Source: a virus | Taxonomy: Duplodnaviria > Caudoviricetes | Length of the DNA stretch: 64,000 nt | Virus record (IMG/VR): IMGVR_UViG_3300031993_000072 | Span: 1,330 to 65,329 of that record | Strand: one strand, 5' to 3' | Shown: piece by piece, positions 1 to 10,963 of the stretch | How positions within the stretch are numbered: position 1 is the stretch's first letter | How the letters are laid out: each line of letters opens with the position of its first letter | The notes under the pieces: model-generated | Told to the model about the DNA's origin: nothing | What the model saw: only the letters and a program-made list of their open reading frames with translations | The model's database searches: none | Translations under genes and position numbers: made by a program

Positions 1-873
1 ACGGATGTATACATAAGCAGATACACCGTCTGCACCGTCCTGGCCGGCAGGGCCTGTCGCTCCTGTCGCACCGGTAGGCCCCTGCGCTCCTGTCGCACCG
101 GTAGGCCCCTGCGCTCCTGTCGCACCGGTAGGCCCCTGCGCTCCTGTCGCACCGGTAGGTCCTGCAGGTCCTGTAGCACCCGTGGCACCGACCGGACCCT
201 GGGATCCTGTTGCACCGGTAGGCCCCTGGGCGCCCGTAGCGCCTGTGGCACCGATAGGCCCTTGCGGACCCGTAGCGCCGGTTGCACCCGTCGGTCCCTG
301 TGGGCCTGCTGCACCGGTCTCTCCGCGAGGCCCCTGTGGGCCTGTAGCGCCGGTTGCTCCTGTAGGTCCCTGCGGACCGGTTGCACCGGTCGCACCAGTC
401 TCACCACGCGGTCCGGGTGGTCCGTCAAACTCGCCGGATTCCTTCGCCGCTTCCAGCGCCTCATTAATCGCCCTGGGGACACCTTCTACGGCCGAATTCA
501 GCGCTGCAATCGTCTGTGTGATAACATCCTGCTGTTCCGGCGTAGGAGGCGTATTTGTAGGCTTTGAGCGCTTTGCAACGGGGATCATGCCGGCCAGTTC
601 TGTTTCGCCGTCGTCCGCACCATTGTGCAGGAACAGCCAGAAATAGACATTCTGCCCGGTCTGCAGGTATTCGTCCGGGATCTCCACGCCTGTGCTGTCA
701 CCGATGGACGTTTTGCTTTCTCCGTGCATAGAGTTCGCGAAATGCACTTCATATGCAGGAGGAAGATCTACTCCAACCAGGATCAGCTTTTGTCCGTAGT
801 CGTACTGGAACAGCCGATCCGTTTGATTCCAGCGCCCCTGTGCGTACTGCAGGGTAATTGTGTTTCCGCGCAC
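1..873 (-). CDS. Collagen-like tail fibre / baseplate-associated protein (5' part; runs off the window)
   Basis: Not in the ORF track. GTG start at 873 after GAGGTGG. Reads [28 protein letters not shown]..., then long G-X-Y repeats ([13 protein letters not shown]) to the window edge. Confidence 0.85.
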   Translation of the reverse strand, partial: MRGNTITLQYAQGRWNQTDRLFQYDYGQKLILVGVDLPPAYEVHFANSMHGESKTSIGDSTGVEIPDEYLQTGQNVYFWLFLHNGADDGETELAGMIPVAKRSKPTNTPPTPEQQDVITQTIAALNSAVEGVPRAINEALEAAKESGEFDGPPGPRGETGATGATGPQGPTGATGATGPQGPRGETGAAGPQGPTGATGATGPQGPIGATGATGAQGPTGATGSQGPVGATGATGPAGPTGATGAQGPTGATGAQGPTGATGAQGPTGATGATGPAGQDGADGVSAYVYIR

Positions 874-893
874 TTTCCACCACCTCTTTCATA

Positions 894-3263
894 TTACGAT
901 TCTTCTGTAAGCGTTTCTATGTAGGCCTTGACGGTCTGAGTGGTACCGTTTGTTACCTTGAGTTTGTTTGCGGTACCTGTATCAAAGGAAAGGTTACTTG
1001 CCGTTCCGATGATATTTGCATTGACTGTTCCTGTCGATGTAACGGATACAATTGCAATGCATTTTCCCGACGATGAAACAGAGTTGAAAATAATGAAATA
1101 TCTGCCGTTGCTTTCAAGCGTGATATTTTTGTTTGAGTTTGCACTTATGGATTGAACATCAAGTGATCTCATTCCTGCCAATGTCTGCACTGCGGAAATT
1201 TCGCCTGTAATATTCCGTTCGGAATATGTTCCGCGCAGCGAACTTGACATTCCTGTCCAGTATGCCGTTGCAAGAGCATTACCGGCAGCGCCCAGACGGT
1301 AAATAAGACCAAACTTGTCTGTATCGGTTCTCAAGATCATTCCAACAAGCGTATTATTACGAACGCCGGTTGAAAGAATGTTTGCTGGCGTGGCATGACT
1401 ATAAAAAGCATAAGGTCTGTTTGTTTGCAGCGCATTTACTTTTGTCCAGATCTTTTCCCAGGTATCGTCAGATGAAGTAAGGACAAGGTTGTCTGTTTTC
1501 GTGTCATTCAGAATTTTGCCCTGGCGGGCATCAAGAACATAACCTTCTGTATTAGTATTAAGGTTATTTTTTACACCATCTCCCCAATATCTTTGTACCC
1601 ATATTCCGCCAAATTGATAATCTGGATATCCAATCAGCGGAGCGATATCAACGCTTTGGTCATTTCCATAATAAGAACTTTGGTGAATCGGCATAATGCA
1701 AGGGACACCACCACCAAATGTATCACTACCGCCGTCATTTGGTACTAATCCCCACGGATTCCACACATCTGTAAATCTCGTTCCGTCATCCTTTGTAATC
1801 ATATCAAGAACGCCGTAATAATAATTTGTGCCGCCTGTTGGAGTTCTTGAATTAAACACAGGACGAATAAAATACTTAAAATCAGCCGTTTCGTTTGATG
1901 CATCACCAATTTCAAACAATCTTTTATATCCATGACTTTCTTCGTCAAGACGATACATACCGCCATCAAAGAAATGCCAGTTGCCGCTTTGCATTGTACG
2001 TTCATTACTGTTCAATTTAAAATTCTGCGAATCAACATCGAGAACACCACCGGAACGAATGCGAACATACTTTTGCCCGGTAATATCAATCCCATTCTCA
2101 TCGATGTCAATCCCACTCTGAATTGTGTACTTATCAGACAGTTTTCCGCCCAACGCGTACTGTTCTTTTGCAGACTGAGATACGGTTTCACGTTCCGCAT
2201 TGCCTACGCATTCGTAGTAATCCACACCGGTGCCTGCCCACTCAAACTCCCTGTTGAAGATCGGCATGTTCATGGTGGAACTGCTGTCATATCCTACTGC
2301 AATGATATCTCCGGTCTCCACCATCCAGTTGCCAATAGGAGTAACGCTTGCAGGGATATAACTTCCCAGAGCAGTAAACCTTGCAACCATATCCGTTATA
2401 ATGGTTTCCTTGTCTGTCACAGACAGGAACATCAGCAGCGGATTGTCAATAATCTCATAAGTGTTTGTGCCGTTCACAGGATAAACAAATCCGCTTACTT
2501 CTTCTTCCGTACTTGCGATCCTTACGGAATCCAAAGCAGGGACCGTGTTTTCATCAATGTCAATGTCAAAATATTTATTACTGTTAATGCTGTAATTACT
2601 CGTCTGGTCCGTGAACCATGTCAGTCTGACATTACCGGCCGCATTGATTTTTGCCGTACAGCAGTTCGCCTCTGCGATCCAGGCTAGAAGTGTCCTGCAG
2701 GTGATCCCGTCCGTGAACGGATCCTCCGTATATGTCAGTGCCATGGCATCTGCCATTTCGTCTCCTGCAGCATAACTGACACCACAGTATGTGCAAAGGT
2801 CATGGTAAAGAGTTTCCAGCGTCACGGGGTATGTCACACTGGCCAGGAATTCATCCGCAAGGATATCAAATGCCTGCATCCGGTCGTATGCAATGAATTC
2901 GATCACGTCCGTCCGGATCGTCCGTCTCGGCTTCTTCCCTTTGAAATATCCGACGGTCACCCAGTTTGTTGAATTGTTCATATCCACGCCCATGTCAAGA
3001 TGGAATTCCTCTGCCCAGTTGAATCCTGTGAATACGCTGCCGTTCAGAAGCTTTACCTGCAGTTCGTCCATGACGGCACGTCCGAACACCAGATCTTCTT
3101 CCGGATTCATAATACTTGTGCGTGAGATGCCACCATTGATGGAAATGTCCGCGTCCGTCAGCGTAATGTTCTGCACAGGAAACACAAGCCGTGCATGAGT
3201 CTGATTCCCTGCAAGCACAGCAGCATTGTAATCAGCAAGTGTTCCGCTCGTCGGTGTAAGCAT
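894..3263 (-). CDS. Minor tail protein (tail hub/spike-like)
   Basis: 789 aa; lies after the TMP and Dit-like genes; beta-rich, variable C-terminus. Confidence 0.7.
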   Translation of the reverse strand: MLTPTSGTLADYNAAVLAGNQTHARLVFPVQNITLTDADISINGGISRTSIMNPEEDLVFGRAVMDELQVKLLNGSVFTGFNWAEEFHLDMGVDMNNSTNWVTVGYFKGKKPRRTIRTDVIEFIAYDRMQAFDILADEFLASVTYPVTLETLYHDLCTYCGVSYAAGDEMADAMALTYTEDPFTDGITCRTLLAWIAEANCCTAKINAAGNVRLTWFTDQTSNYSINSNKYFDIDIDENTVPALDSVRIASTEEEVSGFVYPVNGTNTYEIIDNPLLMFLSVTDKETIITDMVARFTALGSYIPASVTPIGNWMVETGDIIAVGYDSSSTMNMPIFNREFEWAGTGVDYYECVGNAERETVSQSAKEQYALGGKLSDKYTIQSGIDIDENGIDITGQKYVRIRSGGVLDVDSQNFKLNSNERTMQSGNWHFFDGGMYRLDEESHGYKRLFEIGDASNETADFKYFIRPVFNSRTPTGGTNYYYGVLDMITKDDGTRFTDVWNPWGLVPNDGGSDTFGGGVPCIMPIHQSSYYGNDQSVDIAPLIGYPDYQFGGIWVQRYWGDGVKNNLNTNTEGYVLDARQGKILNDTKTDNLVLTSSDDTWEKIWTKVNALQTNRPYAFYSHATPANILSTGVRNNTLVGMILRTDTDKFGLIYRLGAAGNALATAYWTGMSSSLRGTYSERNITGEISAVQTLAGMRSLDVQSISANSNKNITLESNGRYFIIFNSVSSSGKCIAIVSVTSTGTVNANIIGTASNLSFDTGTANKLKVTNGTTQTVKAYIETLTEES

Positions 3264-3274
3264 TCGTTCTCACC

Positions 3275-3703
3275 TCAATACTCAATGAATGCGATCCTGG
3301 TTTCCCCGTAATACACAATGTTTTCCACATTGTTCACATGGTGTATCTTGAACTGGATGTCCGGCATGTAGAAGTCACCTTCCTTATATGCATCAGACTC
3401 CATGTCGTAGTAGTAAAGTTTCAGTTTCCTTTCTATTGCGCTTGTCCAGTTGTTCTTGAACAGAGTCATCATTTCATTGACTTCTGTATTAGTAAGATTC
3501 GGCGTGTTAAACTCGATCTTCGTTGCGGTATGCTCCACAGTTGATCTGTGAAGCACACCGTCAACGGATCTTTTTGCCTCTGTTTCCATGCGCTGGTTCG
3601 GAGTAATGCTGTATCCATCCACTTTCATGTATTTCATTGGGAGAATGGTACCGTTGCTTCCGCCAACCTTAATCAGATATCCGCTGTATGCCATCGATAT
3701 CAA
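3275..3703 (-). CDS. Distal tail (Dit-like) protein
   Basis: 142 aa directly downstream of the tape measure gene. Confidence 0.6.
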   Translation of the reverse strand: MISMAYSGYLIKVGGSNGTILPMKYMKVDGYSITPNQRMETEAKRSVDGVLHRSTVEHTATKIEFNTPNLTNTEVNEMMTLFKNNWTSAIERKLKLYYYDMESDAYKEGDFYMPDIQFKIHHVNNVENIVYYGETRIAFIEY

Positions 3704-6700
3704 CCTCCTACCAGCGCATTGTACATATCAATGCTTTTCTTCGCCGTCTGTCCGAACCTGGCCGATGCACCAATGTTTACGTTCATTTCCTTCTCCAGGA
3801 TTCTGCGGAGCAGTTCGTTCTGCTGGCGAAGCAGGTTGTTCTGTTCCGTGTTGGCATCACGCACACCCTTTTCGATACCGGAAACGATCTGATCCTGGTT
3901 GGCGACGGCAGTATGCCCGCCAATAGTTCCGACCACCTCCGGACCTGCCTCCCCAGCGAGGAACAGGGTACCCGTATCCACAAATCCGCCCTTTGCCATT
4001 GCTTGCAGGCTTACGGTTCCAAGTCCTCCTCCGCCGCCCGTCACATGAACTTGCAGCGTGGACCCATCAGACTTCAAGCCAACGGGGATCTTAATTGCAC
4101 ATGCATTTGCAACTCCTTGCAGAATACCTGCTGCTGTGGATATTGCAACCTTTGCGGCAGTTCCAACATCAGCCTGCACCGTGATGTCCGGGAGAGTTAA
4201 AGATGTTCCCGTAACAACTTTCTTGATACCGGACGCGGCATTGCTTACAACCTCTTTGGCAGTATTGCCGTATGTTTTAGCAGGCTTTACAATTTCCGGA
4301 AGATTCATTGTCAACCCGGTAACAACTTTCTTGATACCGGTTGCGGCACTTTTTACAACCTCTTTGGCAGTACTGCCGTATGTTTTAGCAGGCTTTACAA
4401 TTTCCGGAAGCTTCATTGTCAAACCCGTAACAACCTTCTTGATACCGGACGCAGCACTGCTTACAACCTTTTTGGCTGTATTTCCGTATGTTGTAGCAGG
4501 CTTCTGAATTTCGGGCAGTTTTATTGTCACATCAGTAACAACATTTTTAATTCCTGTAACAGCACTGCTCACAACCTTTTTGGCAGCATTGCCGAACCCG
4601 TTAGGCGTTTGCGCATCTGGAATTACAGGAGGATTATCATTAACCTCCTTATTGATCTTGTCCATGATATCTCTTGCAGTTTCCTGCACTTCCGGTGTTC
4701 CTGCCTCAAGGCCATTACGGAGCAGACGATCAACGTTAATTCCTGCTTCTTCTGCTGCTTGCAGTGCCTCTTCTGCACCAAACGCATCAATCAGTGCATT
4801 GAGGAACTCAAACTTCATATCATAGGACAGCGTGTTCCAATGAACGAGAGAAATCAGTTCAGATGCATCAAATGCAGTTTTAAGATCAGCAATATCTTCC
4901 GGATGCACTTTCAGATGTTCGATAAGCCTGTTCTGCATTTCCGTTGTAAGCAGATCCCACCCGCCGACTTCAAGCAGATCGTTGATATCAATCTCAGTCA
5001 TATCCATTCCGTTGGTGGTGAAGATTTGTTCAAGCGTTTCCTTGAACCCATTGACATGGATCATGCTCTCAAGGGTTTCCTGGTCCCAAAGAATCTGTAC
5101 GCTGTTCGGATCGAAGTTCTTTTCAACCCATTCCTGCAGCATTGTCTTTCCGGGAGCAGAAATGTCCTCAAAGGTTTTATCAATATTGTCCTGGAGATTT
5201 GCCTTAATGGTTTCAAGGCCTTCTTTTGCCTCTTCCAGTTGTGCTTTAAGTTCTGCATTATTCGGATCAAGTTCAACCATCTTTGTAAGAGCATTTACAA
5301 GACGAACCTGGTTTGCGTATGCGGTTTCCTCAATCTGTCTTGCAGCTTCTCTCATCTGTTCTTTATAATTTCCATATTCCTGCATGACAGCATTGAAGCT
5401 TGAAGAATCAAGATCCTCAAGTTTAAGGCTTAAATCAATCTCCGCCTCTGTCGAGATGTCTGTTCCCGCAATAATATTTGAAATTTGATTAATCTCATCA
5501 AGAATCGCAGCAACACGTTCCGGCCTCTTGACAATAAGTTCGTCATTCTCGCCTTCAACAATATTGTCCGCAAGTTCTTTACCAAGACCTCTTACATATT
5601 CCTTAACCGTTTCCCATCCCGCAATGTTTCCGGTATACCATGCACCCTGCGAATCTTCATCCTCTCCGACAAGTTGAGGCGTAAACTTCAGAACAAGCTT
5701 ACTTGTTTCTTCCGCTGTATTAATATAGTTGACGATAGAATCAATCAGTCCGCCGTTGCCGGTAATCTGATCTTTGATCGTTTTATAGTCGTTATCCGTT
5801 GCAAGTCCAAGATTTACGACTTCAAAAGTGCCAAGGAGTAGTTTCAGCTTGCTTTCAATGTTTTCCCTTGCTTTTTCGCTCATGCTCACGTTATCTTTGG
5901 CAATGTCGATCATCAGATTAGGGTCAACAGAGAACATCTTCTTTTCAACAAATACCTTGACTTGTGCTTCTGTCAAAGTGACGAGATTATCGTCAACCGT
6001 TATCTTATTGGAAGAAGTCAATGCTTTAATTCCAATATATGCCGCAAATGTTGCAATGGCAGCGCCTGCCGCAATGGCCCATCCACCACCAAGCACGGCT
6101 ACTCCAAGGCCTACAGATGCAGCACTGATGATGCCAGATACAACGGACTCCTGGGAGAAGACCTCAATATTATCATCGCAGATTGCCTTTATGCCAACTG
6201 CCGCGCCAAACACGATCAATGCAACGCCGGCCGCTCCCTGGGACGCAACAAGCATTGTGGAATTACCAACAGTTTTCAGAAGAATTCCTGCGGCAGCGCC
6301 AACTTTCAGTGCATTTACAACAAGAGTAACAAGACTTTCCTTACTCAGCGCACCAACGTCAGCGTTGTCACAAACAGCTTTGATGCCTGTCAATGCAGAG
6401 AATGTAAGCGTAATAGCCGCAACCCATGCACCCGCATTACCACCGATAAAGTGCTTTGCAATAGATGCAGCAGCAGTAGCGCCTACTGCTGTAGTAAAGA
6501 TCTCAGCAATCAGCCAGCCTTCGTTTCCGGTATTAAGATACTGATTTGTCAGCAGCCATGTCAGTTGCAGCGTAATGGCAATTGCCGCGCCGGTTGCGAT
6601 AAGACCAAACAGTTGAGACAGCACGGGAACTGTTTCCATAAAAGCATTGCCGAATTTCCACGCAAGCAATGCCGTTTCAATCGCGACTGCAATTCCCAGT

Positions 6701-8133
6701 ATGGATTCAAGGTTATCATTCAGCCAGTTCACAAAATCTACAATACCACTGTCAAATCCATTTTCCTCTCCGAACATTCCCGTGACGTCCGTCCCGGAGG
6801 ATCCACCGCCTCCGCCGGACTGGGATGCAATAACGTTCAGTTCATCGAAGGATGCCAACATCTCCTTCATGGAGTCGCTTGCTCCTCCGGCTGCCTTTCC
6901 GATATTGTCAATAGATTTTGTTGCGGATGTTGCGGACGTCCAAGATGTCTTACCTGCCAGCAAAGAGAAGATCTGATTCAGTGCATTGATGACGGGAATC
7001 GCAGCGTTCACGATGCTGTTCAGCAGCGGAATCAGTGCTTCCAGGGCCGGTGCAAGCGCTGCACCAAGGGAATTCTTGAACTGTGCAAGCGTAGACTTCA
7101 GACTGTCCATTGTCGGAGCAAAGGACGTGCCTACAGCCTTGCTGTATTCATATACGTTGTTGATACCTTCCTTGAATCCGGCCGAAATATGTTTGAGGAC
7201 ATTCCGAAGCATACGGTACTTCGCGATCCGTGCAAACTGTTTTACCAAACCGGTCAACGGAGATCCAATATCGGAAATCGCTTTCTTTAACCCTCCAAAA
7301 AATGAATTTATTTTTTCGCTTGCTCCGGAACCAAACGTATCATCGATCGTTTCATTTACATCTTCTGTAACAGTTTGCAAATGAGATACGGCATTCTCTG
7401 TATCCACCACTTGTTCCTGCACATTCTCAATTACGCTAGATGTTACAGAATTCTCTACCTGTTCTGACACTGCAGATTGAACAGTGCTTTCAACATTTTT
7501 CAACCCTTCTATATTTTCAGTTGGATTTTCACCAAACTGTGAAAGGTTTACTTTCATCATTTTTCCAGGGGAAAAATCATTTGGAGTGAATGCCAACATT
7601 TCCAGTTTAGAATATGCGGAAACATACATTTCAATAGCATTCGCTACCTTCTTAAAAGTCCCAGCAACATTGTTGCTTTCAAGATTCGTCGCTGCTGAGG
7701 TCAAACTTCTCGCAATACCGGCCATGCCATGTCCGCCAATACCACCAGCAGCTGCATTTTTTACTTTGTTAATCGCAGACGCAACATTTTCAAGATCTGT
7801 CTTTACACCCCTGGAAGACTTTTGTATTCCAGAAAAAGATCTTGCAGTATCTTCAACGCCTGTATCTTTAATATGGAGATGAATTGGACCCATCCCGCTC
7901 ATTTTGCTCAAAGATTCAGTCAACTGACTAATTTTTGAGAGAGTAGAACCATGGATACTGTCGTCAACAGCCTTGCCAAAGGACTCAATGCCTTTTGCCA
8001 CTCCGCTCATATCCAGTCCGTTTTTTACAGCACCCCTTACACGTTTAAGCGCGTCGACAAGGGATCCAAGACCCGCTGCCGCTTGCTCTGAATTATCTCT
8101 AATTGTTAAATTCAGTACACCTACTTCAGCCAT
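3700..8133 (-). CDS. Tail tape measure protein
   Basis: About 1477 aa, Ala/Gly-rich and helical; likely start MAEVGVLNL at 8133 after AAGGAGG; position follows the tail chaperones. Confidence 0.9.
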   Translation of the reverse strand: MAEVGVLNLTIRDNSEQAAAGLGSLVDALKRVRGAVKNGLDMSGVAKGIESFGKAVDDSIHGSTLSKISQLTESLSKMSGMGPIHLHIKDTGVEDTARSFSGIQKSSRGVKTDLENVASAINKVKNAAAGGIGGHGMAGIARSLTSAATNLESNNVAGTFKKVANAIEMYVSAYSKLEMLAFTPNDFSPGKMMKVNLSQFGENPTENIEGLKNVESTVQSAVSEQVENSVTSSVIENVQEQVVDTENAVSHLQTVTEDVNETIDDTFGSGASEKINSFFGGLKKAISDIGSPLTGLVKQFARIAKYRMLRNVLKHISAGFKEGINNVYEYSKAVGTSFAPTMDSLKSTLAQFKNSLGAALAPALEALIPLLNSIVNAAIPVINALNQIFSLLAGKTSWTSATSATKSIDNIGKAAGGASDSMKEMLASFDELNVIASQSGGGGGSSGTDVTGMFGEENGFDSGIVDFVNWLNDNLESILGIAVAIETALLAWKFGNAFMETVPVLSQLFGLIATGAAIAITLQLTWLLTNQYLNTGNEGWLIAEIFTTAVGATAAASIAKHFIGGNAGAWVAAITLTFSALTGIKAVCDNADVGALSKESLVTLVVNALKVGAAAGILLKTVGNSTMLVASQGAAGVALIVFGAAVGIKAICDDNIEVFSQESVVSGIISAASVGLGVAVLGGGWAIAAGAAIATFAAYIGIKALTSSNKITVDDNLVTLTEAQVKVFVEKKMFSVDPNLMIDIAKDNVSMSEKARENIESKLKLLLGTFEVVNLGLATDNDYKTIKDQITGNGGLIDSIVNYINTAEETSKLVLKFTPQLVGEDEDSQGAWYTGNIAGWETVKEYVRGLGKELADNIVEGENDELIVKRPERVAAILDEINQISNIIAGTDISTEAEIDLSLKLEDLDSSSFNAVMQEYGNYKEQMREAARQIEETAYANQVRLVNALTKMVELDPNNAELKAQLEEAKEGLETIKANLQDNIDKTFEDISAPGKTMLQEWVEKNFDPNSVQILWDQETLESMIHVNGFKETLEQIFTTNGMDMTEIDINDLLEVGGWDLLTTEMQNRLIEHLKVHPEDIADLKTAFDASELISLVHWNTLSYDMKFEFLNALIDAFGAEEALQAAEEAGINVDRLLRNGLEAGTPEVQETARDIMDKINKEVNDNPPVIPDAQTPNGFGNAAKKVVSSAVTGIKNVVTDVTIKLPEIQKPATTYGNTAKKVVSSAASGIKKVVTGLTMKLPEIVKPAKTYGSTAKEVVKSAATGIKKVVTGLTMNLPEIVKPAKTYGNTAKEVVSNAASGIKKVVTGTSLTLPDITVQADVGTAAKVAISTAAGILQGVANACAIKIPVGLKSDGSTLQVHVTGGGGGLGTVSLQAMAKGGFVDTGTLFLAGEAGPEVVGTIGGHTAVANQDQIVSGIEKGVRDANTEQNNLLRQQNELLRRILEKEMNVNIGASARFGQTAKKSIDMYNALVGG
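4190..4640 (-). repeat. 108-nt (36-aa) tandem repeat inside the TMP, about 4 copies
   Basis: PEIVKPAKTYGSTAKEVVKSAATGIKKVVTGLTMNL-like units; matching DNA at 4271 and 4379. Confidence 0.85.
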
Positions 8134-8167
8134 AGTCTTTTCCTCCTTGTCGACGCGCTTGTTATTC

Positions 8168-8635
8168 TTACTGCCCAGACTCGCCAGCGCCGGCCGTTTC
8201 CGTCCGGTTTTCAATGCTCCTGTTCAGCCTTTCTATTCCGGCCTGGAACAGTGCCATTGCCAGCTTCATCTGGTCTTCTTCTTTCTTCTTCCGATCCTGC
8301 TCACGTTTTTCTTCTTCAATCCGTTCAAGGAACGGTTTATCCGGATAATCCGGGAGTTTCGTTCCGCGTTTCACGTTCAGTCCGGCTACCAGCAGAGGCG
8401 TTGCATTCAGCGCGGCCATTATGTATTGACCGATATACCAGTTCTGCTGGTCCATCATCCTGTGTTCGTGTTCACGTTTCATGAAAAACGCTTTCTTCAC
8501 AGCCGTCTTCATGCCGACTTCCCCGTCCCAGTAGTCGTCATAAGACATTCCCATTGCCAGAAAGTCCGGAAGAAGATTATCAAATATATCCCCATATGGG
8601 GTCAGACTCGCCTGTTCTGTCAGACGGTCTCCCAT
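8168..8635 (-). CDS. Tail assembly chaperone, second ORF (gpT-like)
   Basis: Overlaps the end of the upstream chaperone in the -1 frame; precedes the TMP. Confidence 0.65.
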   Translation of the reverse strand: MGDRLTEQASLTPYGDIFDNLLPDFLAMGMSYDDYWDGEVGMKTAVKKAFFMKREHEHRMMDQQNWYIGQYIMAALNATPLLVAGLNVKRGTKLPDYPDKPFLERIEEEKREQDRKKKEEDQMKLAMALFQAGIERLNRSIENRTETAGAGESGQ

Positions 8636-9021
8636 GTAGGGTTGCTTTCGCCTTCTTCCCCTTCCGGATCGTCCATGAGTTCTTCCAGGGGTTTCAGATA
8701 CAGCTTCGTAAGGATCCCAAGCAGTTCATCCTTGCGTGTCTGCTGCATCCAGATATCCTTCGCCCGGTCCGGCATGATGTTCTTGTGGTGCATCTGGAAC
8801 GCACCCAGGAACAGATCGTCGATCATGGTGTACGGATAATCGGTATCGATCTTGAAACCCTTCCGTTCCATGGTTTTGACAACGCGGGCATTGAACTCCA
8901 GGGTATACTTGGTTCCTTCCTTGTCAGAAATGATAACCTTTGTGAAATCCTTTTTTTCCGCAGCCATTGGCTTGCCTTCCTTTCTCGCCTGCTCTACAGG
9001 CACAATCTTTTTATTTGCCAT
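8620..9021 (-). CDS. Tail assembly chaperone (gpG-like)
   Basis: Lies between the major tail gene and the TMP; acidic C-terminus. Confidence 0.7.
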   Translation of the reverse strand: MANKKIVPVEQARKEGKPMAAEKKDFTKVIISDKEGTKYTLEFNARVVKTMERKGFKIDTDYPYTMIDDLFLGAFQMHHKNIMPDRAKDIWMQQTRKDELLGILTKLYLKPLEELMDDPEGEEGESNPTWETV

Positions 9022-9081
9022 GGTTTTATCTCCTCCGAAAACGTAAGGGGAGAGGAGGTTCCCCTCCCCTTACGAAGTCTG

Positions 9082-9528
9082 TTAGGTCGTGCTGAACACA
9101 ACGACCGTAGCAGGCGTACAGTTGATGGTCATACCGACCGCTTCATTCACGCCGCCGCCGGACACACCCGCAGTAATGTCGCCGGTCCAGGAGAACTTGC
9201 CATAGTGGCCATCCGGCACTTCGCTTCCGGCGGATCCGGACGCGCCGAACCACACAGCATAGTTGTACTGATGGCCTTCCAGGGCGACAACCTTGGTGTA
9301 GTTCTCGGGCGTATAATTGGCCTGGAACTGCATCTCAGACGTGTCACCGATACCGTTGATGTAGGTCCTCATGTAGTCGGACAGGCTTGTGATCTCCAGC
9401 CGGTCCTTGGGCGGAATCAGATCCGGGAAGGACGTGATGTCGATCAGCTTGTCATAACTACCATTGGTCGTAGTCCTGTACATCAGATAAGTCTGGTACG
9501 TGGAAATTCCTTTAACAGCAGAAGGCAT
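9082..9528 (-). CDS. Major tail tube protein
   Basis: 148 aa; LEITSL...GD...FQANY pattern typical of siphophage tube proteins; synteny. Confidence 0.8.
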   Translation of the reverse strand: MPSAVKGISTYQTYLMYRTTTNGSYDKLIDITSFPDLIPPKDRLEITSLSDYMRTYINGIGDTSEMQFQANYTPENYTKVVALEGHQYNYAVWFGASGSAGSEVPDGHYGKFSWTGDITAGVSGGGVNEAVGMTINCTPATVVVFSTT

Positions 9529-9632
9529 ATTCTTTTTCTCCTTTCAATTAATTTGGGATGTAAAAACGCATGAAAGCGTTGTTCATTTCAAACACGCAAT
9601 CATGCGTCTACTTGGTATTCAGTTCATTGTCG

Positions 9633-10028
9633 TTACGATACTCGGTAGATATTACCGACCTGGTCAATGTCTGCTTCGTATCTCGCAACATACTGCACAA
9701 AGTCCGGATTCTCCGGGTCTGTAATGTACTGTCCGCTGATCCTTGTGAAGTTCAGTTGGATCATCCGCTCGTCAACGACTTTAAAAATGCTTCTGCATTT
9801 TTCCTTGTCCTTTGCGGCAACAGTTACCTGGTACGTAACCCTGGAGAAATTCTCCTTTGGCGTTGAACTTTGCCGGTTTCTTACCGTAAAACTGTCCATC
9901 TCAAACAGTGAGCAGGCCGGTAGGTCAGCGTAACTATTGATCGGCGTACTGACAAAACGGTTTTTTGCGCATAAAGGAGCAGCAACAGAATGAACATCAT
10001 TGAAGATCTTTACTTCAAAGTCGATCAT
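9633..10028 (-). CDS. Tail terminator / completion protein
   Basis: Synteny, size. Confidence 0.65.
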   Translation of the reverse strand: MIDFEVKIFNDVHSVAAPLCAKNRFVSTPINSYADLPACSLFEMDSFTVRNRQSSTPKENFSRVTYQVTVAAKDKEKCRSIFKVVDERMIQLNFTRISGQYITDPENPDFVQYVARYEADIDQVGNIYRVS

Positions 10029-10040
10029 TGTACAGCCTCC

Positions 10041-10532
10041 TTACGCAAGATATTCCGCCACAATCCTTCCGCCTCTAGCTTCCGCTTCCGATTCAAGCGA
10101 CCGCATGGTGTTGTACATAAACGGTCTGGACCCCATGCCGTAAGTAAACAACACATGCCCATACCGTTCGTTGTAGTATTTCCATCCGGTCCCCCTATAT
10201 CCGCCACCAAGAGGATGCGGCGATCCCGCTCCGCGTGGTCCAGTACCGAACTCCACATAAATCGCATATGGGCAATCTGTTTTTACATACCCGGCCTCTC
10301 CATCAAACGGAATATTTACAATACTGCTTGAAAGTATTCCAGTATCGTATGCCGGACGGTCAAACATGATCAGCTGTGCTTTTGCAATCACAGCGCCCTG
10401 CTTCGCAAGTTCATTGATCAGACGCTCCATTGCAGGTTTCAGTTTGGTGCGGATCAGATTTACCTCCTTGATGGCCTTATCCAAACCATCCACAGATAAA
10501 TCGAACGTGATATCTGCGATAGGATAACTCAT
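10041..10532 (-). CDS. HK97 gp10-like neck protein
   Basis: DTGxLxxSI and YAIYVEFGTG motifs. Confidence 0.8.
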   Translation of the reverse strand: MSYPIADITFDLSVDGLDKAIKEVNLIRTKLKPAMERLINELAKQGAVIAKAQLIMFDRPAYDTGILSSSIVNIPFDGEAGYVKTDCPYAIYVEFGTGPRGAGSPHPLGGGYRGTGWKYYNERYGHVLFTYGMGSRPFMYNTMRSLESEAEARGGRIVAEYLA

Positions 10533-10951
10533 TCACCGTCACCAGCTTCCTCCTGGCTGGGTTCCTCTGGTTGCGTGTCTTCCTCCTCAACCGGTGCATA
10601 TTGGATTTCCGGAGGATTCAGCATTTCTTTCAACGCGATGTTCATCACATTAATGCTTGGCCGGACCGCTTTGACTTCATACACATTCCCGTTGTGACGA
10701 ACAAGTCCGCCTTCTTTGATGTCCACTTTCGGGTCATCCATAATCAGCGTATGTGTATATTGGCTTGCGATTCCAAAGAACACATGATGTGACTGGCCAT
10801 TCGGACTTGAAATATTCCCCACATAAGGAACAGGTTTCTCATACGTTGGTTTGAAGTACCCAGTATGTTCACCGTCATCATTCAAATCGGTCTCATCGTC
10901 GCACAGCGAAAGATACTCAAACTCCGTGGTGTTCCTTTTCAGAAGACGCAT
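10529..10951 (-). CDS. Head-tail adaptor / head closure protein
   Basis: Synteny in the neck module. Confidence 0.6.
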   Translation of the reverse strand: MRLLKRNTTEFEYLSLCDDETDLNDDGEHTGYFKPTYEKPVPYVGNISSPNGQSHHVFFGIASQYTHTLIMDDPKVDIKEGGLVRHNGNVYEVKAVRPSINVMNIALKEMLNPPEIQYAPVEEEDTQPEEPSQEEAGDGE

Positions 10952-10963
10952 TTGCTCACCACC

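Noticed and set aside
182-646. Plus-strand Pro/Val-rich ORF
   Set aside because: It is the antisense shadow of the collagen-like gene on the minus strand.
894-3263. Diversity-generating retroelement target in the tail gene
   Set aside because: No reverse transcriptase and no TR/VR pair are visible in this window.
8600-8660. Programmed -1 frameshift between the tail chaperone ORFs
   Set aside because: The frames overlap in the expected -1 register, but I see no canonical X XXY YYZ slippery heptamer, so it is not called.
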